Shown: positions 19,511-28,949 of the stretch, piece by piece | Numbering within the stretch: position 1 is the first letter of the stretch | Layout: every line of letters begins with the position of its first letter | From: Desulfovibrio sp. | Lineage (GTDB): Bacteria > Bacillota > Dethiobacteria > DTU022 > UBA8154 | Reading direction: 5' to 3' | Length of the DNA: 47,773 nt | Assembly: GCA_020060185.1 (NCBI GenBank) | Contig: JAGVAS010000147.1 | Span: 1-47,773 of the forward strand | Position numbers and translations under genes: made by a program | The notes under the pieces: model-generated | The model's database searches: none | What the model was told of the DNA's origin: nothing | Seen by the model: only the letters and a program-made list of their open reading frames with translations

Positions 19511-20626
19511 ATGTTTAAAATTAAAGTAAGGACCGACAAAAAAAGTTATCCTGTTTACCTGGGCCAGGGTATTATGGAAAGTATTGGTCCCGTGATGTCC
19601 AGATGCCTGCCAGCCCGTCCGGTCCTGGTAGTAAGCGACAGGAATGTTGCGCCTCATTATGCGGAAAAATGCCTTAAGAGCCTGCAGCTTGGAGGGTTTA
19701 AGCCTTTCCTGGAAGTGCTGGAGGGAGGAGAGGAAGATAAATCTTTAATGGCAGCATCAGGCCTTTACGAGCGGTTACTGAAAACAGGCCTGGACCGGCA
19801 CTCAGCTATTGTCGCCCTGGGTGGAGGAGTAATAGGCGACCTGGCAGGATTTGTAGCTGCTACTTATTTAAGGGGCGTTCCCTATGTCCAGGTGCCAACA
19901 ACGCTGCTGGCGATGGTGGATAGCAGTATAGGAGGCAAGGTAGCCGTAAATCACCCCCTGGGGAAAAACCTTATCGGTGCCTTTTACCAGCCCGCACTGG
20001 TTGTCGGCGATGTAGACGCTCTTAAAACTTTGCCCGGGCGGGAGCTTAACGCCGGGTTGGCCGAGCTGGTAAAATATGGGATTATCAGGGATAAAAAGCT
20101 TTTTGAGCAACTGGAGTCTCTAATCCAGAGTGTCCCTCCAGAGGATTGGCTCCTGAAAATTGACAGCCGCCAGCTTTTGAAGTTTATTATCCGGGCTGTT
20201 CTTATTAAGGGGGAAATAGTTTATTTTGATGAAAAAGAAAAAAACCTTCGCCGCATCTTAAATTTCGGGCATACTTTTGGGCATGCTCTGGAATCAGCAA
20301 CCCGCTATGCATATTACCTTCATGGAGAGGCGGTGGCCTGCGGCATGGCCATGGAAGCCAGGTTGGCGGCGCTGCAAGAAATATTAGACCGGGTTTCTCA
20401 ACAGCGGATAATAAGTCTCATTAAACAGCTGGATCTTCCTCGTCCTCCGGCGGGTTTGAGCGTAAATGCTGTTATGAAAGCTTTGTCTTATGATAAAAAG
20501 AAAGAGGGGGAAGAGTTAATTTTTGTTCTTCCTGCCGGTATAGGAAAAGTACTAATGTATAAGGCGCCTTCTTCTAGCCTTGTTGAGAAGGTTGTGGAAG
20601 AATATTTACGAGGGGATCTTTTTTGA
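19511..20626 (+). CDS. aroB: 3-dehydroquinate synthase
   Basis: ALGGGVIGDL, PTTLLAMVDSSIGGK, KNLIGAFYQP, LNFGHTFGHALE, HGEAV. Confidence 0.96.
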   Translation: MFKIKVRTDKKSYPVYLGQGIMESIGPVMSRCLPARPVLVVSDRNVAPHYAEKCLKSLQLGGFKPFLEVLEGGEEDKSLMAASGLYERLLKTGLDRHSAIVALGGGVIGDLAGFVAATYLRGVPYVQVPTTLLAMVDSSIGGKVAVNHPLGKNLIGAFYQPALVVGDVDALKTLPGRELNAGLAELVKYGIIRDKKLFEQLESLIQSVPPEDWLLKIDSRQLLKFIIRAVLIKGEIVYFDEKEKNLRRILNFGHTFGHALESATRYAYYLHGEAVACGMAMEARLAALQEILDRVSQQRIISLIKQLDLPRPPAGLSVNAVMKALSYDKKKEGEELIFVLPAGIGKVLMYKAPSSSLVEKVVEEYLRGDLF

Positions 20627-20674
20627 ATTCTGGATTATATCGGAAAAAGCGACGGGGAAAAAGCGAGTTTGGGA

Positions 20675-20703
20675 TTGACAGGGAAAAAATAATGTGATAA
20701 TAT
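20675..20703 (+). promoter_or_regulatory. sigmaA promoter of the second trp leader
   Basis: TTGACA-N17-TAATAT with TG extension. Confidence 0.7.
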
Positions 20704-20725
20704 TCATTCCAATTAAAGAAGTAAA

Positions 20726-21055
20726 TCCAATGGTGGGGAAGAGTAAGTAAAGGGGATTTTCACAGAGAGCCGGCAGCTGGTGGGAATCCGGTAAAAGGCT
20801 CCTTTACTGAATGGGCCCCTGAGGAAAGGACCGAACGCTGCAGCTAAAGGCATCCAGTAGGCTCCTGCGGAGAGTCTTACCGTTAAAAGAGACAGGGTAT
20901 TGGAGAAAGAAACCTGTGCGGTAGCGGTATCACCGCTCCCGTAAAATAGGGGACTGAAAGTACCTGGAAGGGGAAACCGTAATTAAATTTTTTTACGGTT
21001 TAACTAAGGTGGCACCGCGGAGAAGCCTTCCGTCCTTAAGACGGAAGGCTTTCCT
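20726..21055 (+). ncRNA. T-box riboswitch, Trp-specific
   Basis: AGTA and AGAGA motifs; specifier GAA-TGG (20812-20814); T-box AAGGTGGCACCGCG 21006-21019; terminator AAGCCTTCCGTC/GACGGAAGGCTT. Confidence 0.93.
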
Positions 21056-21102
21056 AATTATATTAGTTATATTGATTATGGTTGGAAAGCGAGGTGTGGC
21101 AG

Positions 21103-22608
21103 GTGATCAGGCCTGACAGGGAAACATTCAGCCGGCTGGGCGAAAATTATAACATCATACCCTTATTCAAAACAGTTCCAGCCGACCTGGAGACGCCTAT
21201 TTCCCTCTATCTCAAGCTGGCTTCCCCTTGTGGGGAGAGCTTTCTGCTGGAAAGCGGGGAACTGGGGGAAAAAGCCAGGTATTCATTTATCGGAAGTGAA
21301 CCATTTTTAACCCTCTATACCCTGGGCAGTGATACTGTGGTTCAGGGAGAAATTGGAAAACGATGGCGCTCGGAGGGCGACCCCTTAAGCGTCTTGGAAA
21401 ATATATTTAAGGGTCTCAATGTTTACCAGCCGGGGGAACTTTCCGCTTTCTGGGGGGGAGCCGTTGGATATCTCTCCTATGATATGGTGAAGCGGTGGGA
21501 AAAAATTCCCGGCATACAGGAAGAAAGCCGCTGGCCCTCGTGCTACTTTTACTTCCCCCGCAAGGTTTTTATTTATGACCACAGGCAGCATCTCTTAACA
21601 GTTATTTACCTGGCTTCCATAAATGGAAAAAGAGATGACCCGGGAAGAGTTTACGAGAAGGCCTCTAAGGAACTGGAAAGTATTTTACTTAATCTTGGCC
21701 GGAGACAGGGGTACAATAGTGTGGCTTTTTCCCCTGCCGGCGATTGTATGGCTTCTCCGGGGGTTAGCCAGTCGTTTACCAGGGATAGCTTTGTTGCAGC
21801 GGTTAACAGGGCCAAGGAATATATCAGGGCAGGAGACATATTCCAGGTCGTGCTCTCCAGGCGAGCGCAGCAGGAAACCAGAGCCCTTCCGTTTAGTATT
21901 TACCGCGCCCTGCGCAGTTTAAACCCTTCGCCTTACCAGTTTTACCTTTCTTTTCCTCATTTTCAGATGGTAGGTTCCTCACCGGAGATGCTGGTGAGGC
22001 TGGAGAAAGGCCTGGCTTATACCAAGCCCATAGCCGGGACCAGGCCGCGAGGTCAGGACGATAAAAGCGACCTTTCCCTGGCTAGGGAGCTCAGCAAAGA
22101 CGAAAAAGAGAGGGCCGAGCATATGATGCTGGTGGACCTGGGAAGAAATGACCTGGGGAAGGTCTGTTGCTACGGCAGCGTAGAGGTAATCAAGCTCCTG
22201 GAGATAGAATATTTTTCCCATGTTATGCACCTTGTTTCCGAAGTCAGGGGGAAAATCCGCCCGGAATGCAACTTTGCCCATCTTTTACGGGCTGCCTTTC
22301 CCGCGGGAACAGTCTCCGGTGCACCCAAGGTCAGAGCTATGGAGATTATTGCTGAACTTGAACCGCGTCCCCGGGGACCCTATGCCGGTGCCGTCGGCTA
22401 TCTGGGTTTTAACGGGGATATGGACACCTGTATAACGATAAGAACAATAATTATGAATCACGGGCAGGCATATGTTCAGGCTGGAGCAGGAATTGTGGCC
22501 GATTCTGACCCCTACAGGGAGTATGAAGAAACAGAACATAAAATGGCCAGCTCTTTCAAGGCCATAAGCTTGGCAGAGGAGTGGGAAAATGATTTTAATT
22601 ATCGATAA
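21103..22608 (+). CDS. trpE: Anthranilate synthase component I
   Basis: LLES, GDIFQVVLS, NPSPY, PIAGTRPRG, AEHMMLVDLGRND, PAGTVSGAPK; GTG start after GAGGTG. Confidence 0.95.
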   Translation: MIRPDRETFSRLGENYNIIPLFKTVPADLETPISLYLKLASPCGESFLLESGELGEKARYSFIGSEPFLTLYTLGSDTVVQGEIGKRWRSEGDPLSVLENIFKGLNVYQPGELSAFWGGAVGYLSYDMVKRWEKIPGIQEESRWPSCYFYFPRKVFIYDHRQHLLTVIYLASINGKRDDPGRVYEKASKELESILLNLGRRQGYNSVAFSPAGDCMASPGVSQSFTRDSFVAAVNRAKEYIRAGDIFQVVLSRRAQQETRALPFSIYRALRSLNPSPYQFYLSFPHFQMVGSSPEMLVRLEKGLAYTKPIAGTRPRGQDDKSDLSLARELSKDEKERAEHMMLVDLGRNDLGKVCCYGSVEVIKLLEIEYFSHVMHLVSEVRGKIRPECNFAHLLRAAFPAGTVSGAPKVRAMEIIAELEPRPRGPYAGAVGYLGFNGDMDTCITIRTIIMNHGQAYVQAGAGIVADSDPYREYEETEHKMASSFKAISLAEEWENDFNYR

Positions 22609-23227
22609 TTATGATTCTTTTACCTTTAACCTGGCTCAAGAGCTGGGTTCCATGGGTCTGGAAGTGGAGGTTCGCAGGAATGATGCCTTTACCCTGGAGG
22701 AGCTGGGACAGATGCCCTTGCAAGCTGTCGTTATCTCGCCGGGCCCGGGAGAGCCCGGTTCCGCCGGGTTGAGCTTGAAAGCGGTAGGTTTTTTAAAAAG
22801 CCGGCTTCCCATTTTGGGCATATGCCTGGGCCACCAGGTTATCGGGGCTTACTTCGGTGCCAGGGTTGTCAGGGCTTCTCGCCTTATGCATGGCAAAACC
22901 TCTTTTATTCACCATAACGGTGACAGCATGTTTAAGGGGGTAGATTCACCCTTCGAAGCCATGCGCTATCATTCTCTTCTAGTGGCCAGAGAATTTTTGC
23001 CTCCCTCCCTGGAAGTTATCGCTGCAACGGAGGAGGGGGAAATTATGGCTATCCGGCATAAATTTTATCGCAACCTGGTAGGGTTACAGTTTCACCCGGA
23101 GTCCCTGTTTACTCCCCCTGGGCGTATGATCCTGGCTAATTTTTGCCAGCTTTCCGGCCTTTTGGCCGCTGGAGAGAACCTGGAGAATAAAATGAAAAAA
23201 CAAGAATTTTTATCTTCTAGGAGGTGA
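22589..23227 (+). CDS. trpG: Anthranilate synthase component II (glutamine amidotransferase)
   Basis: IDNYDSFT, SPGPG, GICLGHQ, RYHSL, QFHPES. Confidence 0.95.
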   Translation: MILIIDNYDSFTFNLAQELGSMGLEVEVRRNDAFTLEELGQMPLQAVVISPGPGEPGSAGLSLKAVGFLKSRLPILGICLGHQVIGAYFGARVVRASRLMHGKTSFIHHNGDSMFKGVDSPFEAMRYHSLLVAREFLPPSLEVIAATEEGEIMAIRHKFYRNLVGLQFHPESLFTPPGRMILANFCQLSGLLAAGENLENKMKKQEFLSSRR

Positions 23228-23254
23228 ATACCCGGGGATATTACCGGGTAATAA

Positions 23255-24304
23255 ATGATCAAAGATATCCTGGAAAAGTTGATCCGTCACGAAGATTTAA
23301 CCTGTGAAGAGGCCTACCAGGTCATGGGAAAGATCATGAGAGGTGAATTTAAAGAGGCCCAGGTTGCCGCTTATCTCGTAGCGCTTCGTTGTAAAGGAGA
23401 GACTGTTGATGAAATAATGGGGAGCTGCCAGGCCATTCGCGAGCACAGCATTAAAATTTCCGTTACAAGAACTCCCGTGGTGGATACCTGCGGTACCGGG
23501 GGAGACGGCAAGGGGAGCTTTAACATTTCTACGGTAAGCGCCTTTGTTTCCGCCGGGGCCGGGATAACGGTTGCCAAGCACGGAAACAGGGCTGTTTCCG
23601 GGCAGTGCGGGAGCGCAGACCTCTGTGAAGCTTTGGGTATAAATATGGAGTTGCCTGCTACGGATCTAGAGCTTTGCCTTAATGAAATTGGCCTGGGATT
23701 TTTATATGCACCGTCATTGCACCCGGCTATGGCCCATGCACTCCCGGCGAGAAAAGCCCTGGGGTTGCGGACCATCTTTAATATCCTGGGTCCCTTGAAT
23801 AACCCGGCAGGAGCAAAAAGGCAGGTGCTGGGGATTTACGAGGCAGCGTTGACGGAGAAAATGGCAGCGGTCTTAGCCTCTCTTGGTTCCGAGCATGCCC
23901 TGGTGGTGGCCGGTAGGGATGGTCTGGACGAAATTACACTTACGGCAGAGACTTTAGTTACCGAGGTGAAAAACGGGATATTGCGAAGCTATCTTATTGC
24001 ACCGGAAGATTTTGGTTTTTCCAGGGTTTCGATGGATTCGCTGCTGGGTGGGGATGCTGTAGCAGGCACCCGTTCCTGTTTAGCGATACTGAAGGGGGAA
24101 AAAGGGCCGCAGCGGGATGTGGTTCTACTGAATGCAGGAGCGGCTTTGTACGTTTCTGGACTGGTACAGAGTATCAGGGAAGGCATTGAGCTGGCCAAAA
24201 CCTCTATTGATTCGGGAGCGGCTTACGAAAAACTTCAGTCCCTGGTACAGTTTTCCCGGTGCCGGAAACTGCCTGCTGCAGAAGGGGGAAGAACTTATGC
24301 TTAA
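23255..24304 (+). CDS. trpD: Anthranilate phosphoribosyltransferase (canonical)
   Basis: DTCGTGGDG, FNIST, KHGNR, HPAM...PARKALGLRTIFN, GLDEIT. Confidence 0.96.
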   Translation: MIKDILEKLIRHEDLTCEEAYQVMGKIMRGEFKEAQVAAYLVALRCKGETVDEIMGSCQAIREHSIKISVTRTPVVDTCGTGGDGKGSFNISTVSAFVSAGAGITVAKHGNRAVSGQCGSADLCEALGINMELPATDLELCLNEIGLGFLYAPSLHPAMAHALPARKALGLRTIFNILGPLNNPAGAKRQVLGIYEAALTEKMAAVLASLGSEHALVVAGRDGLDEITLTAETLVTEVKNGILRSYLIAPEDFGFSRVSMDSLLGGDAVAGTRSCLAILKGEKGPQRDVVLLNAGAALYVSGLVQSIREGIELAKTSIDSGAAYEKLQSLVQFSRCRKLPAAEGGRTYA

Positions 24305-25106
24305 AGAGATCGCCGTCCATAAATGGAGAGAGGTCATCAAGCAGAAAAAAGAATATCCCCTGCAGGAAATAATCAAACAACTGCCTTCGCTCCCTTCTCC
24401 AGGGAACTTTAAGGAGGCGCTTCTCAAGCGTTTTCCGCAGGTTGGTATTATCGCGGAGATTAAAAAAGCCTCCCCCTCTGGCGGGGTGATTGAATCTCAT
24501 TTTACAAGGGATAAAAGCCCGGCGGAAATCGCTCTTTTGTATGAAGAAGGCGGAGCGGTGGCGATATCTGTGCTCACAGAAGCAAGATACTTTGCCGGCT
24601 GCCCCGCAGACCTGCGCAGCGCCAAAAGTGCTGTAAGCATACCTGTTCTCCGCAAGGATTTTATCGTGGATGAGTACCAGATTTATGAATCCAGGGCCAT
24701 GGGGGCAGATGCTGTCCTGCTTATCGCCTCCCTGCTTGCCATTGCGGAGCTGAAAAGATTTTTGCAGCTGCTGGGCGAGCTGGGAATGGCTGCCATAGTG
24801 GAAGCAGGGAAAAAGGAAGATATTCTTAAGGCGGTTCAGGCCGGGGCGGAGGTAATAGGTATCAATAACCGCAACCTCCATACCATGGAAATTGACCTTA
24901 CGAGGACTCTTGAATGGGGTCCTTATGTTCCCCGTGACAGGGTTTTAATTTCGGAGAGCGGCATCTACTGCCGGGAGCAGGTGCAACAGTTAAAAGAGTT
25001 GAGCGGCGTGAATGCTGTCCTTGTTGGTAACAGCCTTATGACCAGCGGCGATCCTGCTGCAAAAATAAGGGAGCTGATGGGCGAAGATGTGCCCTGTGCG
25101 CGTTAA
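24297..25106 (+). CDS. trpC: Indole-3-glycerol-phosphate synthase (canonical)
   Basis: AEIKKASPS, LRKDFI, GADAVLLI, GINNRNL, SESGI. Confidence 0.96.
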   Translation: MLKEIAVHKWREVIKQKKEYPLQEIIKQLPSLPSPGNFKEALLKRFPQVGIIAEIKKASPSGGVIESHFTRDKSPAEIALLYEEGGAVAISVLTEARYFAGCPADLRSAKSAVSIPVLRKDFIVDEYQIYESRAMGADAVLLIASLLAIAELKRFLQLLGELGMAAIVEAGKKEDILKAVQAGAEVIGINNRNLHTMEIDLTRTLEWGPYVPRDRVLISESGIYCREQVQQLKELSGVNAVLVGNSLMTSGDPAAKIRELMGEDVPCAR

Positions 25107-25782
25107 GGTCTGCGGTATCCGCACTCCCCGGGAGGCCCTGGCAGCCGTGGAAGAAGGTGTTCATGCCCTGGGATTTCTCTTTGCCTCCAGCCCGCGCCAG
25201 GTAACCCCCGAAATAGCCGCAGCTATTATTAAGGAACTGCCTCCTTTTATTGGGAAGGTGGGCGTTTTTGTTAACGAAGAAAGCGGGAAGGTAAAGGAGA
25301 TTGCCGCTTATTGCGGGCTGGACACCCTGCAGTTTCACGGCGAGGAGACAGCGGCGTATTGCTGCCAGTTTCCCGCTTATAAGGTTATCAAAGCTTTTCC
25401 TGCCTCTCCCTCTTTATCCATGGAAAGGTGCCGGGAATACCGGGTCAGTGCTATTTTGCTGGATACTAAATATGCAGGTAAGAAGGGCGGAGGAGGCCTG
25501 GCCTTCGATTGGCGGCTGGCCCAACCTTTTTGTCAAGGGCCTTTTCCTCTCGTACTTGCCGGGGGATTAAATGAGGACAACGTTTTTAATGCTCTTGAAG
25601 TGGTAAAACCTTTCGGGGTCGATGTGAGCAGCGGTGTGGAAAGAAATGGCTTTAAAGATCAAAAAAGAATAAGGGCCCTTATGGAACAAATTAAGAGGTG
25701 GGAATACCAGCATTTATTTTGTTATAATAAAAGAGTGACCCGTGTGTCAGGTAGTCTAGAGCCGGAGAAAACTCATTTCTAA
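25087..25782 (+). CDS. trpF: Phosphoribosylanthranilate isomerase (canonical)
   Basis: VKVCGI, SPRQV, VGVFVN, QFHGEE, LLDT, LAGGL, DVSSGVE. Confidence 0.95.
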   Translation: MCPVRVKVCGIRTPREALAAVEEGVHALGFLFASSPRQVTPEIAAAIIKELPPFIGKVGVFVNEESGKVKEIAAYCGLDTLQFHGEETAAYCCQFPAYKVIKAFPASPSLSMERCREYRVSAILLDTKYAGKKGGGGLAFDWRLAQPFCQGPFPLVLAGGLNEDNVFNALEVVKPFGVDVSSGVERNGFKDQKRIRALMEQIKRWEYQHLFCYNKRVTRVSGSLEPEKTHF

Positions 25783-25808
25783 ACGAAGGCAGGGAAACGA
25801 TCAGAAAA

Positions 25809-26699
25809 ATGTCTACCAGCAATTTAATGGCCATTGACGGGGAAACAAAAGTGGTAGGTCTTTTCGGGGATCCGGTGGGGCACTCCCTTTCTCCTGCCAT
25901 GCATAATGCCGCCTTCGGGGAAAGAGGCTTGAATTTCTGTTACCTGCCTTTTCGTGTCCGCAGGGAAGATCTGCCGGCAGCAATCAAAGCTATTGCTTCC
26001 CTGGGGTTGAGGGGCGTAAATGTAACTGCACCCCATAAAGAAAGCGTAGTTTCCTATTTAGATGAACTTTCTCCGGAGGCAGGATTTTTAAAGGCTGTTA
26101 ATACCATTGAGAATAACGGAGGAAAGCTGGCAGGCTGTAACACCGATGTTGACGGTTTCTTTTTTCTGCTGCAAAACAATCTTGGAAAGGCATTTCCAGC
26201 AGAGAAGGCCTGCTTGCTGGGGGCGGGAGGGTCTGCCAGGGCTGTTTCCCTGGCTCTGGCCAGAGCAGGAGTAAGTTCCCTGGTTATAGCCAACCGTACT
26301 GTTGCCAGGGCAGAAGGCCTGGCCTCTCTCTTAATTGAGGGCAAGATTTTTGAGGAAGCAGAGGTACGAGTTGTAAAACTTGATAAAAAGCCTCTTCAGG
26401 AGGAAATTGTAAGCTCAACCTTAATTATAAATACACTGAGCAAAGATCCGGTTGAACTCGGGCTTTTACCGCAGGAAGAGATGCGGAGCTGCCAGGCGGC
26501 AATCGACCTGCGATATAATCCCCCGGAGACCTCATTTATAAAATGGGCGAAAAGATGTGGTGCCCGGGGAATTAACGGCCTGGATATGCTTCTGGGTCAG
26601 GGCTTGAAGGCTTTTGAGATTTTTACCGGAGAAAAGGCTCCTTTGCAAATAATGAGGGAAGCTCTTATCAAAGCCGTAAAAATATATCACCATCCTTAA
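25809..26699 (+). CDS. aroE: Shikimate dehydrogenase
   Basis: HSLSPAMHN, NVTAPHK, AVNT, NTD, GAGGSA, GLDMLLGQG. Confidence 0.95.
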   Translation: MSTSNLMAIDGETKVVGLFGDPVGHSLSPAMHNAAFGERGLNFCYLPFRVRREDLPAAIKAIASLGLRGVNVTAPHKESVVSYLDELSPEAGFLKAVNTIENNGGKLAGCNTDVDGFFFLLQNNLGKAFPAEKACLLGAGGSARAVSLALARAGVSSLVIANRTVARAEGLASLLIEGKIFEEAEVRVVKLDKKPLQEEIVSSTLIINTLSKDPVELGLLPQEEMRSCQAAIDLRYNPPETSFIKWAKRCGARGINGLDMLLGQGLKAFEIFTGEKAPLQIMREALIKAVKIYHHP

Positions 26700-26764
26700 G
26701 TTTTGTGGGGACAAGAAAAATGCCAGCTTGTTATAATAAAGCAAAGAACAGGTCAGGAGATGAT

Positions 26765-27301
26765 ATGTTTTCGTTAAGGCTTAAGAAGAATATCTTCCTT
26801 ACTGGTTTCATGGGGTCTGGGAAAACCAGCGTGGGCAAAATCCTGGCCTGCATGCTAAAAGTTGAATTTTTTGATACCGATGAGCTTATCACCCGGATGC
26901 TGGGAATGAGTACAGGTGAGATCTTTACCCGGTACGGAGAAGATTTTTTCCGAGACAGGGAAACCGAGGTGCTGAAGCTTCTGGGTAAAAAAACACCGGG
27001 AACCTGTGTGGTCTCCACTGGTGGAGGGGCTGTGCTGCGGGCGGAGAATATGGCTGCTTTGCGGGAAAACGGTATCATAGTTTATTTAGATGTTTCTGCT
27101 GAAGAGGCATACCAGAGGTTAAAGGAGGTAAACGATAGGCCTCTATTAAAGGTGGAAAATCCTCTTGAAAAAATAGAGGAACTGCTGCAAAAAAGAAAGC
27201 CTTTCTACCTTCAAGCAGATCTCTCTATTAATTCCACTGGCAAGGGCCTTCAGGAAATCGCTGTACAAATAGTTAATGCTGTTGCAGACCGGAATTTTTA
27301 G
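26765..27301 (+). CDS. aroK: Shikimate kinase
   Basis: GFMGSGKT, DTD, GEDFFRDRE, STGGG, RPLL. Confidence 0.95.
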   Translation: MFSLRLKKNIFLTGFMGSGKTSVGKILACMLKVEFFDTDELITRMLGMSTGEIFTRYGEDFFRDRETEVLKLLGKKTPGTCVVSTGGGAVLRAENMAALRENGIIVYLDVSAEEAYQRLKEVNDRPLLKVENPLEKIEELLQKRKPFYLQADLSINSTGKGLQEIAVQIVNAVADRNF

Positions 27302-27336
27302 TAATAAATACAAATTTTTAAAGAAGGAGTATCAAG

Positions 27337-27792
27337 ATGGACGAAGGAAAAAAATGCTTTCTTGTACTTCATGGTCCAAATCTCAACCTGCTGGGAAACA
27401 GGGAAGTAGAGATTTACGGCAGCTTAAGCCTGGAGGAACTGAATATTTTGCTCTATAAAGAAGCAGATAAACTAAGGGTAAAACTGGAATGTTATCAATC
27501 TAACAGTGAAGGTGATTTACTGGATCAAATTCACGGAGCCCCTGGAAAATATCAGGGAATTATCATTAATCCCGGGGCTTTTACCCATTATAGTATTGCT
27601 CTGCGGGATGCCCTGGCAGGGGTTAACGTTCCTGCCGTAGAGGTCCATCTTTCCAATATCCACGCCAGAGAAGAATTCCGCCGGAACTCCGTTATCGCCC
27701 CTGTTGTGTGGGGCCAGATAAGCGGCTTTGGACCGCAAAGCTACCTTTTGGCCTTAAGAGTCCTTTGTGAAAGAGACGGAAATGGAGTATAG
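27337..27792 (+). CDS. aroQ: Type II 3-dehydroquinate dehydratase
   Basis: [40 protein letters not shown]. Confidence 0.96.
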   Translation: MDEGKKCFLVLHGPNLNLLGNREVEIYGSLSLEELNILLYKEADKLRVKLECYQSNSEGDLLDQIHGAPGKYQGIIINPGAFTHYSIALRDALAGVNVPAVEVHLSNIHAREEFRRNSVIAPVVWGQISGFGPQSYLLALRVLCERDGNGV

Positions 27793-27803
27793 ATACCCGC
27801 TTT
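27765..27803 (+). repeat. Left copy of a 39-bp imperfect direct repeat (3' end of aroQ)
   Basis: TTGTGAAAGAGACGGAAATGGAGTATAGATACCCGCTTT; 35/39 identical to 34671-34709 by manual alignment. Confidence 0.85.
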
Positions 27804-27967
27804 TCCCACACCGAAATGTGCACGCGCTGTTTCCTCTTCGGAGAGCTGGCTACTAGCTGCTCGGTCAGGTTGAGGCGGTAACGGTGATGTTCTTTGAAGG
27901 CCCTCCTGGGAAAAAAGAAAAATATTTTTTTGTCCTGCAGGAAATGTTTACAGGGGTGTAGAACTTA

Positions 27968-27994
27968 ATAGCACGAAAACAAAATTAATAACAC
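27968..27994 (+). promoter_or_regulatory. Putative NikR-type operator upstream of the fmdE-like gene
   Basis: ATAGCAC-N13(AT-rich)-ATAACAC, same geometry as 28771-28797. Confidence 0.45.
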
Positions 27995-28010
27995 CAGGGG
28001 AGGGTAGCAA

Positions 28011-28628
28011 ATGTGCATGGAAAAGACCTTGTGGGAGCAGGTGGTCGGCTTTCACGGCCACAGTTGCATTGGGCTGGCCATGGGCTACCGGGTGGCCGAG
28101 GCCGCCATGCGAGCTCTGGGGAACAGTCGGGACGTTGATGAGGAGATGGTAGCCATCGTGGAGAACGACAGCTGTGCCGTGGATGCCATCCAGGTAGTAA
28201 CGGGATGTACCCTGGGAAAAGGCAACCTTATCTTTCGTGATTACGGGAAGCAGGCCTATACCTTCGTCCTGCGGGAGAAGGGAAAAGCCGTGCGCGTAAC
28301 GGTGAAAAGCCCGGACGAAAAGAGGCACAGGGAAATCATGGCCCTGCGGGAGAAAGCTGCCGCCGGGGAGGCTACGGAAGAAGAAAAGGGCTTGCTGAAG
28401 TCCAAAACTGCGGAAGTAATGAACGAGTGCCTTTCCGCTCCGCTGGAGGAAGTTGTGGAGGTAAAAGAAGTGGACTGTGTTATTCCGGAAAAAGCCCGCA
28501 TCTTTTCTTCCGTGACCTGTTCCTGCTGCGGGGAGAAAGTGATGGAACCCAGGGCCCGGGTAAAAGACGGGCAGGTAACATGCATACCCTGTGCCGAGAA
28601 CTATACACGCGGGTGGGGAGAGAGTTGA
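28011..28628 (+). CDS. FmdE-family protein with C-terminal C4 zinc finger
   Basis: FHGHSCIGLAMGYR, ENDSCAVDAIQVVTGCTLGKGNL, CSCCGE...CIPC. Confidence 0.9.
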   Translation: MCMEKTLWEQVVGFHGHSCIGLAMGYRVAEAAMRALGNSRDVDEEMVAIVENDSCAVDAIQVVTGCTLGKGNLIFRDYGKQAYTFVLREKGKAVRVTVKSPDEKRHREIMALREKAAAGEATEEEKGLLKSKTAEVMNECLSAPLEEVVEVKEVDCVIPEKARIFSSVTCSCCGEKVMEPRARVKDGQVTCIPCAENYTRGWGES

Positions 28629-28770
28629 GAAATCTCAGCAAAAAATTTTTGGCAGCTTTTTTACCTTTAAAATCTGAAAAAAGTTTTAACTTCCTTTTTG
28701 TAAAATGTTTAAGATAAATTTGGAGTAAAATTTGTGGATAGTATTTTATCCCTTATTTTTTGCCCTGCCG

Positions 28771-28797
28771 GTAGCACTATTTTAAATATTGTAATAC
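28771..28797 (+). promoter_or_regulatory. Putative NikR-type operator upstream of the ABC operon
   Basis: GTAGCAC-N13(AT-only)-GTAATAC pseudo-palindrome. Confidence 0.55.
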
Positions 28798-28949
28798 AAA
28801 GCTTTAAAGGCTCCAACCTCCTCATAATGGAGATAAATACATTCTTCCCGGCAGTCTGAAAAGCCTGCCGGGCACCTTCTTTTTTCACTGGCTGCTGCAT
28901 TGTTCAGCCAGTGGTAGCTGAACATAACAAGAGAGGAGAATGAAAAACA

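Noticed and set aside
28011-28628. Formylmethanofuran dehydrogenase operon
   Set aside because: Only the widespread FmdE-like gene is present; no catalytic fmd/fwd subunits.
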